DNA from: Candidatus Bathyarchaeia archaeon
GTDB taxonomy: Archaea > Thermoproteota > Bathyarchaeia > TCS64
Reading direction: 5' to 3'
DNA: 64,000 bases
Assembly (NCBI GenBank): GCA_050014495.1
Contig: JBEKDF010000002.1
Span: 106,244-170,243, forward strand
The translations under genes and the position numbers were made by a program. Below the pieces are notes generated by a model. That model did not search any database. It worked only from the letters and a program-made list of their open reading frames with translations, and was not told where the DNA came from. Within the stretch, counting starts at the first letter, position 1, and each line of letters opens with the position of its first letter. Below are positions 20,263 to 28,894 of this stretch, piece after piece.

Positions 20263-20667
20263 TTAGTTGAAGACATTCGTGTGCAGTGCGCGAGATATGT
20301 TGAGATAAGTTGGATTGCTAGATGCGACTTCAATTATTAACGCGTCGTAGCCCGCGTTTCTTATTCCGTCTGCGAACCAACCTGAACAGTTACCCTCACC
20401 CCATATTTGGGTCAGTGGCGATTTGCCGGCCACTACGAATCTCGTGTCTCCTGGTATCCCCGTTTTATTGATGGGGCCCAGGGCGAAGACGAGTTTATTT
20501 TTTGGGCCAAGTGGATCTATCCTTGGTTTCAACTCTTTATAGAGTAGATCGATGGCTAGTCCTTTTCCGCCGACGAAGAATCTTGCATCTTTTTCATTAA
20601 ATTTTTCGTTAATAGTCTTCCCATTTGTTAGGTTAACTCTCAAAATTTTCCCATGCATTCCAAACAT
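20263..20667 (-). pseudogene. N-terminal fragment of aldehyde:ferredoxin oxidoreductase (AOR family)
   Basis: GKILRVNLT, GGKGLA, DPLGPKNKLVF, KSPLT, AGYDALIIE; homology ends at about 20293 while full AORs are about 600 aa. Confidence 0.9.
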
Positions 20668-20800
20668 TTATCTGCCAAACTTTTCATCCCAAAAATGATT
20701 ATTTAACATTATGCGCCAGTTCTTGTTTTAATGTTCTGAGCTGTAACCCTGAATGGCTTGCGCATGAGAAAAAACCTGCGCGCGCGAAAAAATGAGTAAT

Positions 20801-22390
20801 TTATGCCTTATATACGACTAACCCGTCAAGGATCGTTATCCAGGCCTTGCTCCGCTTCATCATTCTCTCCATCTTCTCAACCGTCTCAGGCTTAGTGTCT
20901 TTGAGCTTGAACCAATCACCGGTAATATCCCCATCAAAGATCGCGATATCCGCCAACTTCCCACGTTCAATCGTGCCCCTTATGGCCTCCTCACGCGCGA
21001 CGTAAGCACCCTCGTACGTGAAGCAGCGAACAGCCTCCTCAACGGATATTCTGCTGCCGGGCTGGGGATGGTTAACTGCGGACCAGATCCCATAAAGCGG
21101 GTGGAATGGCATCCCATCTGAGCCAAATGGCATATGAAAGCCTAGGTCAAGGAGACACCTGTATGGGTTTCCCCTCGCCAGCCTCTTCCTACCGATCCTC
21201 ATTTCATACATCCCACCAGGCCAGCCCCACTCACCAACGAAGTTGGGCTGCATCGACGCGACGACCCCGAGACGCTGCGCCCTCTCAATGTCATCATCGG
21301 TTGGGTACTCGAAGTGCTCTATCCGGTACCGATGATCTGGGCGTGGGTCAAACTTTAGTGCTTCCTCTATCCTATCGATAGCCTCAGTGCAAGCGCGGTC
21401 GCCAATCGCGTGAATCGCCACTTCACCTTTCTTTGCGTGCTGCTCAAGGACCACCCTCTTATTCCTCTCCTGGTCGCCCACGTATACTCCGCAGGTCGAG
21501 GGGTTGTCGGCGTATGGCTCATACATCAGAGCAGTTTGGGCCCCAGCTGAACCATCGATGCCTATCTTCAGGGTGCCAAATGTGAGCCACTGATCACCCG
21601 ACCACTCACGAGGGTACCATGTCATGACGTGGCAGCGGAGGTGAAGGTCATTCTCCTTTCGCGCATCAACGTAGGGCTTAGTGGAGAGATGAGGCGCAGA
21701 TTCATCGGGTCGGCTGCAGTCGGTGATACCCGTGCAGCCTAAGCTGTGAGCGAGGGCAGATGCGTCGCGGAGGCCTTTCCTCAATTCCTCGTTGGTGGGA
21801 GGAGGTATATACGGCGTGACGAGGTCCCTAGCGTCTCTTAAGACACCGGTGGGCTTACCCAATTCATCCTTATCAACGACGCCTCCGGGGGGGTTGTGTG
21901 TGTCCCTTGTAATTCCGCATACCTCCAGGGCTCTGGTGTTTAGGACAATCATGTGACCGCAGATGCGCGTCAACGCGACCGGATTGTCAGGTGACGCCTG
22001 GTCGAGGTCGTGCCTAGTGGGGTACCTTCTCTCTCTAAGGTTCTGGTCGTCCCACTGTCGTCCCTGGACCCATTTGTCTCTGGGTACACCCCTAGTTGAG
22101 ATGTAGTCTCTTAGTCCCTCTACAATTTCTCTAATGGATGTGGCATCCCGGAGTTGGAGGTGGGTTAGGGAGTATCCCATTCCGAGGAAGTGGGTGTGGG
22201 AGTCGATTAGGCCAGGCACAACGGTCTTCTCGGCCGCGTCAATGACCTCCGCACCTGCAGGGATCTTGACATCATTTCTTCTCCCGACGGCTATAATCCT
22301 GTTACCCTCGAGGATGACTGTCGCGTCATTGAGGGCGGGTCTACCAGTGCCATCTATTAGGCACCCACATAGAATGGCTTTCGTTCCGAT
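20801..22390 (-). CDS. Amidohydrolase family 3 (YtcJ-like); N-terminus extends beyond the track ORF and has no canonical start
   Basis: PGLIDSHTH, HAIGD, RIEH, FGSDG, GKLADIAI; in-frame upstream GTKAILCGCLIDGTG...VIDAAEKTV begins at ATC 22390. Confidence 0.85.
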   Translation of the reverse strand: MGTKAILCGCLIDGTGRPALNDATVILEGNRIIAVGRRNDVKIPAGAEVIDAAEKTVVPGLIDSHTHFLGMGYSLTHLQLRDATSIREIVEGLRDYISTRGVPRDKWVQGRQWDDQNLRERRYPTRHDLDQASPDNPVALTRICGHMIVLNTRALEVCGITRDTHNPPGGVVDKDELGKPTGVLRDARDLVTPYIPPPTNEELRKGLRDASALAHSLGCTGITDCSRPDESAPHLSTKPYVDARKENDLHLRCHVMTWYPREWSGDQWLTFGTLKIGIDGSAGAQTALMYEPYADNPSTCGVYVGDQERNKRVVLEQHAKKGEVAIHAIGDRACTEAIDRIEEALKFDPRPDHRYRIEHFEYPTDDDIERAQRLGVVASMQPNFVGEWGWPGGMYEMRIGRKRLARGNPYRCLLDLGFHMPFGSDGMPFHPLYGIWSAVNHPQPGSRISVEEAVRCFTYEGAYVAREEAIRGTIERGKLADIAIFDGDITGDWFKLKDTKPETVEKMERMMKRSKAWITILDGLVVYKA

Positions 22391-22492
22391 GGTTTGTCGC
22401 CATATTTTTTATGGTTACTAATGTTTTTAATGCTTCGTACAATTTTTAGTCGCGCGCGGATATATTGATCGCATCTTCCCTAAAAAAAGGCC

Positions 22493-22669
22493 TCATTGGG
22501 TTAGAGTTCCATCATACATCTAGTGCATCAGCTCCCTCGTATTCTCGAGGGTCAGTTTCCTGGGGTTGAATCTGGGGAGGCTGTAGAGTTGCTGGCGTTC
22601 TTTGAAGATGTACTCTGCGAACTCATCGATCTCGCTTTCGGAGATGCCGAGTTGTTTCAGATTGGCAGG
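22493..22669 (-). pseudogene. C-terminal fragment of an iron-containing alcohol dehydrogenase-like protein, with internal stop
   Basis: Hand translation PANLKQLGISESEIDEFAEYIFKERQQLYSLPRFNPRKLTLENTRELMH*MYDGTLTQ*; the PxxLxxLGI...NPR pattern is typical of Fe-ADH C-termini. Confidence 0.7.
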
Positions 22670-22763
22670 CGCGCGCGCAAGTGAGGCAACATGAATGCTC
22701 AGATTGCGAGATATCTAAAATGGGCAGCTCGGAATATTCTCTGGTATCTTCTTCTACTGCATT

Positions 22764-23012
22764 TTGATTCCCGTCTATCAATTCATATTATGGCTATCTC
22801 CCTTAATCGAGTTCACAATAATCGTCATGATCATAGGACTCATAGTATCCTTTGACAAAGAAAATAGAGATGAAAATCTAGGCAAAATTCTCACCATAGG
22901 AGCAGTTTTGGCTTCCATAGGTGCAGTTTTGTACTTTATTTGGAGTTTAGTGAAGAAGAAGCAGAGCGATGGAAGAAGAAATGTCAATGCTGATTATAGA
23001 GTGAAAGAATAA
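22764..23012 (+). CDS. Small hypothetical membrane protein (2 TM)
   Basis: Two hydrophobic helices and a basic tail. Confidence 0.5.
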   Translation: MIPVYQFILWLSPLIEFTIIVMIIGLIVSFDKENRDENLGKILTIGAVLASIGAVLYFIWSLVKKKQSDGRRNVNADYRVKE

Positions 23013-23150
23013 GCTCTACGCTTCGATGAAGAAAACATCAGTCGTAATAGTCGCGGATCTTCTTTCCCTCCCCACAATCTGCTCACACGCAGAGTCGTTA
23101 TTGAGAGCCACACATCCCTTGAATAGACCCAGACTAGGACTCTCGTAGGA

Positions 23151-23723
23151 TTGCCGATAAAACGTATCAGCAAGAAAACTTGTACAATGAGTGATCGAAC
23201 CATGAAAACCGACGTCGAGTACCTAGAGTATGCTTGGCCCATGAGACAGTTCCTCATCACGACTGGAAGTATCAAGGGAAAATCAAATATAATTACGGTC
23301 AGCTTCTGCATGCCGGTATCTAAGCAACCACCCCTCCTTGTCTGCGCAATAGGAACCGGGTTCTGCTCAGCCAAGCTAATAAACGAAAACCGCGAGTTCG
23401 TCGTGAACGTGCCTCCCCCGGAGCTGAAACGGCAGATATACTACTGCGGCTACCACTCAGGATACGATGTCGACAAGTTCAAGGAGACGGGTCTGACTCC
23501 AAAACCCGCCCGCCTCGTGAATGCACCCATCATCGATGAGTGCGTGGCGCACATGGAGTGTAAGGTCAGACAGGAAGTAGAGACTGGTGACAAGACGCTG
23601 TTCGTCGGTGAGGTAGTAGAAGCCTACGCTGACGTGGCTCTTGTAAGAGGGGAACGTGGGTTCGAGCACGGGAAAGGCGAGTTCCCGAGGGCCAGGTATG
23701 CCACTAGGTTCAACCTGAAATAG
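23151..23723 (+). CDS. Flavin reductase family protein (DIM6/NTAB); true start probably a little downstream
   Basis: EFVVNVP, DKFKETGLT, APIIDECVAHMECKV, GDKTLFVGEV. Confidence 0.9.
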   Translation: MPIKRISKKTCTMSDRTMKTDVEYLEYAWPMRQFLITTGSIKGKSNIITVSFCMPVSKQPPLLVCAIGTGFCSAKLINENREFVVNVPPPELKRQIYYCGYHSGYDVDKFKETGLTPKPARLVNAPIIDECVAHMECKVRQEVETGDKTLFVGEVVEAYADVALVRGERGFEHGKGEFPRARYATRFNLK

Positions 23724-24277
23724 AATGCCCTCAGAACATGAGATCTCTTTTAGCGCGCGCAAGTGATAAGATGTGCACCTAATCTAAAACGCTCACTTCT
23801 CTTCCCTCTTCTCTAATCCCAACACTAATCGAGGCGGCCTTATGCTCCGCGTTGAAACCTATCTTACAATTTCGCGCGCGCGGAGTGGATTCTACACATT
23901 CGCCTTTAGAAGGATCAGACCAGTCATAAGTGCAAGTTTTGAGACTGCCATCATGTGGGGGCCAAGGAGATGGGAACCTGGGATGATTTAGTCTTAATGG
24001 TTAGAACACCATAGCGCGTGCATAATAATTATAGATAATAAATTCAACATCCCATACAATTGAGTCTCGTGCGCAAAATGATATAGGCTGTAACTCTTTG
24101 AACATTCTTCAATTCAGACCAGACCATCCTGAGCCTTATGGCTTAACAGAGCGATACTTGAGCCAAATTTGTATATGGCATATCTTAACTCTAGGGCACT
24201 GTACAGAATATTCAAACCACATCTCTAAAAACCCAGAGAGCTAGATCAGAGCAGGAGATTCGACAACGTCAAAACCG

Positions 24278-24895
24278 ATGTGGATCACTGTTTGCGTCCT
24301 CGTAGCAATCATAATTACAGGAGCCACCTCGCCCCACTCCCCCCATCCATCGCCTTCCCCCGAGAACTCTTACGGTACCCAGATGAACGTGAAGGATGTG
24401 CCACCAAACACGTTATGGTGGATGAAAGGATCAACTACCAACGATAACGGACCGGAGCTAAACTACGCCGAGAAGCTTCTATCACTTGTAAATAATGAGT
24501 CTCGCTCAGACCTTCGAGCCGTCTATGGGAATTGTTTCGTAAACCCAGGTAACACGACACTGTTCATCGTCTTGACGCGGTGCGATTCGGAGACAACCGC
24601 ATTGTTCAATAAGGCCCTTGATCCTCTGCAGGATGTCCACATAGTCTACAGGACGGGCCCAGCGACTCACGTGGAGCTTGAGCGATACATGGAGGAGCTT
24701 GGGAGTGTCGTTTCGAGGCTTCCGAGAGACGTGGTTGAGATCAACTCCTACAGCATCTCTGAGAATGCAACGATCCTCGTCGGTATGGGTAAGATCTCGC
24801 AGTCGTCAGTGACTGCTTTCGCAGATGCCATAAGGGGCATCATCCCGGAGGAGTTGATCGTAATTAGACACATGGATATGGCCGTGTTAGTGTAA
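24278..24895 (+). CDS. Hypothetical secreted protein
   Basis: Signal-like N-terminus, Pro/Ser linker, C-terminal domain resembling that of 19357-20247. Confidence 0.7.
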   Translation: MWITVCVLVAIIITGATSPHSPHPSPSPENSYGTQMNVKDVPPNTLWWMKGSTTNDNGPELNYAEKLLSLVNNESRSDLRAVYGNCFVNPGNTTLFIVLTRCDSETTALFNKALDPLQDVHIVYRTGPATHVELERYMEELGSVVSRLPRDVVEINSYSISENATILVGMGKISQSSVTAFADAIRGIIPEELIVIRHMDMAVLV

Positions 24896-25406
24896 ACGGA
24901 AAAGGGCGTGCATGCGGATTCGGTTTAAAAAAACTTAGCGCGAGCACGCGCTCTATTATAGAGGGGTGCGCGCACGCACGTGTATGAGCTTCTTGCGCAA
25001 TCGCAATGATATAACCGGATGATCTCTTAGTAGCGAACTCGCATTATTGTTTTCAGGAACCATTTAGCCACGATGGAATGTCTCATGACATTTAAGACAT
25101 ACAAGAACTTGTGTTCTATGGTCGGCTAAATCGATTCCAGCAACGATTGATTTGATTGCCCCGCATGCTGGGCAGTTATCTCCCCACCTAACTTTCTTTT
25201 CAGTATTTGAATTATCCATCAAAAAGGCCTCGATTAGGTTGAGAAAAGCCTTACATTGCTGTTTATAAAACCAAGCATTCTGTTGTGGAAGTGTATAAAC
25301 AGGCAGGAAGACCTATGAATTTACTGCCACATTAAATAAATGATAACCTACATGAAATGCTCATGAACACTGCTTCACTTCAAGAGGATCATCATTGCGC
25401 GCGCGG

Positions 25407-25683
25407 GTCAAGAACGACCACCTAGGCTTCGAGATCCATTACGTGCACGGAGGCGTTCACCACAAGTATCGACCTGACTATATTATTCACTTTAACAAAT
25501 GGTACCTACTTTATCTTAGAAGTGAAAGGCCAGCCAACCCAACAGGACCGCAGCAAGGAAATTGCATTGCAGGAGTGGATAGAGGCCGTGAATACACATG
25601 GTGGCTTCGGAAAATGGCTATACGCCCAATTCACTCATCCTAAAGATATCACGGATATCATTACAAACTCGATAATAGCTTGA
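25407..25683 (+). pseudogene. C-terminal nuclease-domain fragment of a type III restriction enzyme Res-like protein, frameshifted
   Basis: VKNDHLGFEIHY...YRPDYII, then after a +1 frameshift near 25491 TNGTYFILEVKG...WIEAVNTHGGFGKW; PD...EVK catalytic motif. Confidence 0.8.
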
Positions 25684-25786
25684 CACTAACTCGTGGTGTG
25701 ACAGTCATTCTTTAAACCGCTTTTCAAGCTCCCATTTGACTGCTCTACCGAGTTGGGTTTTATAAAATCTTGAAGGTGGATTTTTT

Positions 25787-27241
25787 TTAGACATCCATGA
25801 CCGCTTCGCTGGGTGAAAGTGGCGTATTATTGTTTGGCCTCCTCCCACGGAGAACAGAGGGTATGATGGCGATTGTGTTCAGTACTGCGAGATAGAGGTA
25901 TGTTCTCTGGAGTGCCTCGACGAAGAGTAATTTGTCTGCGGCTGTTACATCCACTGGGCCTAGAGAGGTTATAATTTGGCTGAGTAGAGGATATGGGACT
26001 ATTAGTGTCAACAAGATTATGGCGAGGTTTAGACTTATCGTGAAGCCGACGTTGAACATCGTATTTCTGAATGCGGATGCTACACCTCTCCTATCGGCTG
26101 GGACGGCACCCATAATGGAGCTCATGTTAGGCGAGCCGAATAGGCCTGTGCCTACACCGAAGATCATCATGTAAACTAGAACCGTCAAATATGGGGTTGA
26201 GGCGTCCACGGTCGAGAAGAGGTAGAGTGAGAGGCTGGTAATGGCCAGTCCGCCCGTTGTGAAGAGGAAGGGCCCGAATTTATCTGAGAGTTTCCCGCTG
26301 AGTGCCCCGAAGGCGAGGCTTGCTAACTCGAATGGGATCAGCCTTATTCCAGCATCGAAGGGGCTGAGGCCAATAACTAGTTGTAGGTATAGGCTTAGGA
26401 GAAGTAGGACTGCTCCCCATGCTGCTGCATTGATTAGTTGGGCCGTGACGCCCCCGGTGAATTCCCTTATCCCGAGTAGGCGGAGGTCGAGGAGTGGGTG
26501 TTCCTGGCGTCTCTCGTAACTCACGAATGCGGCTATGCTTAGGATTGCGATGACGAGGAGTATGTATACGATGTCGCGGTCCACCATCCCGTAGGCATCG
26601 TACGTTAAGGCGAAGAGAAATGCGGTTATTGAGACGGTGAAGGTCAAGAAACCCACCCAATCGATCGGAGAACTTTTTTCGAGTATGCCAACTTCTTTGA
26701 GTCGTTTCCAAGCCCAGAAGATGCCGAAGATGCCGATGGGAACGTTGATGTAGAAGAGGGCTCTCCAGTCGAGGAGGGCGAGAAGGACCCCGCTGAGTGT
26801 GAGGCCAGCCATGGCTCCAAACCTGAAGGAGCTAAAGTTTAGGCCAAGGGCGAAGCCAAGCTCTTTGACAGGGGTGGCGTCCACTATCATCGCGACGCTG
26901 TTGACGCTGAGAATCCCCGATCCGACTCCTTGAAGGAACCTAAAAAAGATAACTTGTGTAGGGGTTCCTGAGAGACTGATTAGGGCTGATCCTAATGTGA
27001 AGAGGAAGAAACCTGAGATGTAGATCTTGACTCTTCCGAAGATGTCCGTTACTCTACCGACTAGGAGAAGGATGATAGTGCTGCCGAGTGTGTATGACTG
27101 CGTAAACCAGATGGCTTGCTCGGCGTCTGCGCCGAGGGCTGCAGCGACCTGGGGGAGGCCGACGATGATTATTCGGGAGTCTATGCCAGCCATTAGCACC
27201 CCAATGGTGGTGACGGTGAGTACTGTCCACTTATAGTTCAA
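25787..27241 (-). CDS. MFS drug:H+ antiporter (EmrB/QacA, DHA2-type)
   Basis: GRVTDIFGR motif A, WRALFYINVPIG, many TM helices. Confidence 0.93.
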   Translation of the reverse strand: MNYKWTVLTVTTIGVLMAGIDSRIIIVGLPQVAAALGADAEQAIWFTQSYTLGSTIILLLVGRVTDIFGRVKIYISGFFLFTLGSALISLSGTPTQVIFFRFLQGVGSGILSVNSVAMIVDATPVKELGFALGLNFSSFRFGAMAGLTLSGVLLALLDWRALFYINVPIGIFGIFWAWKRLKEVGILEKSSPIDWVGFLTFTVSITAFLFALTYDAYGMVDRDIVYILLVIAILSIAAFVSYERRQEHPLLDLRLLGIREFTGGVTAQLINAAAWGAVLLLLSLYLQLVIGLSPFDAGIRLIPFELASLAFGALSGKLSDKFGPFLFTTGGLAITSLSLYLFSTVDASTPYLTVLVYMMIFGVGTGLFGSPNMSSIMGAVPADRRGVASAFRNTMFNVGFTISLNLAIILLTLIVPYPLLSQIITSLGPVDVTAADKLLFVEALQRTYLYLAVLNTIAIIPSVLRGRRPNNNTPLSPSEAVMDV

Positions 27242-27525
27242 ATCATATGCCTTCTGGGTTGACGAATAGGGTTCACGAGGTTGAACTTAAATCAGTATCA
27301 TTGTCGCTGCATCGATCTGGTTTGTATTAGTGTCTTTGAGCTTCATTGATTTCGTTCTTAGAGGTTTTCCAGAGTTGTGGGAAATAGGGTAATGTGCTAA
27401 TGAGGATCATATCATAAATTGATATTAACTATTTATTGGGATAGTAATCGCATTTCTTCGTGCGCGCAAAGTGATACTGTTCTAAACAGTAGCATTAAGT
27501 CACCGATGCCAAGGAGTAATCACTA

Positions 27526-28329
27526 ATGTCCACCAACTCAAACACAACCTTAACGGTGCTAATCTCCATCATCCTAGCCACATCTGCCTTCCTAGCTGTA
27601 GCAATAAGTCAACCCGTACCCCAAATAAAGGTGAGTGAGGAGCAGGCAATCAGCATACTCAGGGAATACGATAACACTGATAACAGAATCGTAAACGGAA
27701 CCATCAGGACCCTAAGCGCTAACTTGGAGTACATCTCACTCAACTGGACAACTTACCTGAGCAACACTGGCGATGAACCCCACAGCCGCATATACATCTC
27801 AGATACCCCCGTGGGCGAATACAAGCCGTACTGGTTCATCCACATCGAATCGGTCTGGGATTACGGTTGGAGTGGCGGTTCTGGAAGCTACATCGTTGAC
27901 GCGCAGAGTGGGGAGATCGTGCTCTCACTCGAGAGAGTCGGCGGAGGAATCAGCGTAATCGGTCCTGACTACCTGATTTTCCTTCAACCTGAGGCGTGGG
28001 ATTATAATAATCCGGTTGAGGCAAAGCTGGGTGCGTTCACCCCCATCACACTGACTCTGACCGCTGAACCCGACTACCACGCCTCGCTTCCCGTGTCGAT
28101 GAAGATTGCTAACGTTCCATTGGGCTACTGTGTTGGACCGAGTAATTCGTCTGCGGTCCTGAAAACGGGTGGGTATGTGTCATTCATTCTTGAGGTCTTC
28201 ACTCCAGTTGCTTACCCGGCTGATTTTCTGCCGCCTCCGGCTGACCCTCATCCTCATTTTGATGTTGGGATCAGCTTCCTCGGGCACTCCTACTCTTATC
28301 CTGTGTACATTATTCCTTCTAACAAGTGA
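27526..28329 (+). CDS. Secreted/anchored protein with PepSY-like N-terminal domain and Ig-like C-terminal domain
   Basis: N-terminal TM; VSEEQAISI, YWFI, YIVDAQSGEIV; beta-rich C-terminal half. Confidence 0.65.
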   Translation: MSTNSNTTLTVLISIILATSAFLAVAISQPVPQIKVSEEQAISILREYDNTDNRIVNGTIRTLSANLEYISLNWTTYLSNTGDEPHSRIYISDTPVGEYKPYWFIHIESVWDYGWSGGSGSYIVDAQSGEIVLSLERVGGGISVIGPDYLIFLQPEAWDYNNPVEAKLGAFTPITLTLTAEPDYHASLPVSMKIANVPLGYCVGPSNSSAVLKTGGYVSFILEVFTPVAYPADFLPPPADPHPHFDVGISFLGHSYSYPVYIIPSNK

Positions 28330-28510
28330 ACAATCTGGTTGTGATTCAGTTTACCGCGCGCGCATATGGAGGGCTATTACAATTACAGCTAACGCGATTG
28401 AAATCAACTCAATGAACCAACCCTGCACCCAGAAGGGGTTCTCCACCTTCTGTGGGAACACCAGTAAGATGTGCGCGCGCAATTAGCATCCAGTTAATAG
28501 CACGTGTATT

Positions 28511-28675
28511 CTATTCATCAAACCACTCGATAGCCCAGGCATTCAGTTGGTCGATCGTTTTGATTCTTTTTAGTTGTATTTTTGCCTTATTCAATGACTC
28601 GATGATGTCCGGTGAATAATCTTTGTCAAGATCGACTGTAATGGACTTGTATAATTTTCCTCTCTCAGTTGTCAT
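28511..28675 (-). CDS. Small hypothetical protein or N-terminal gene remnant (54 aa)
   Basis: Hand translation MTTERGKLYKSITVDLDKDYSPDIIESLNKAKIQLKRIKTIDQLNAWAIEWFDE*. Confidence 0.4.
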   Translation of the reverse strand: MTTERGKLYKSITVDLDKDYSPDIIESLNKAKIQLKRIKTIDQLNAWAIEWFDE

Positions 28676-28894
28676 TTCCTAACACCTTAAGCGGGCGACA
28701 AAATCAAATTAACTTAGGTTTCTAAAATAATTATTCTTATTTGGCTTAATCTAGATTTGTTACTCGTGCGAGAGATCATCATCCTTTTCGAAATAATCCT
28801 AGAGAGATATGGTTCCAATTGGCTTTAGTTTTGATCTTATGAGCGCGCGCATGCTGATGCGGTTACGCGCGCGCACCTCGATCCTACATCCTTC

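Larger units (their letters stand above)
19141..28874. repeat. Dispersed array of (GC)n / alternating purine-pyrimidine motifs delimiting accessory modules
   Basis: Copies at 19141, 20286, 20778, 22451, 22669, 23753, 23873, 24014, 24068, 24938-24999, 25397, 27459, 28355, 28471, 28843, 28866; all lie outside intact genes. Confidence 0.8.

Noticed and set aside
22520..22522. In-frame TAG in the Fe-ADH remnant (and TAG at 28511) as pyrrolysine readthrough
   Set aside because: Both are in fragments or orphan ORFs, no pyl genes are visible, and TAG is a normal stop for many genes here.
19141..28874. CRISPR array or classical integron
   Set aside because: The repeat is only 7-10 bp with spacers from 45 bp to 2 kb; no cas or intI gene; no consistent RYYYAAC...GTTRRRY attC hairpins recognised.
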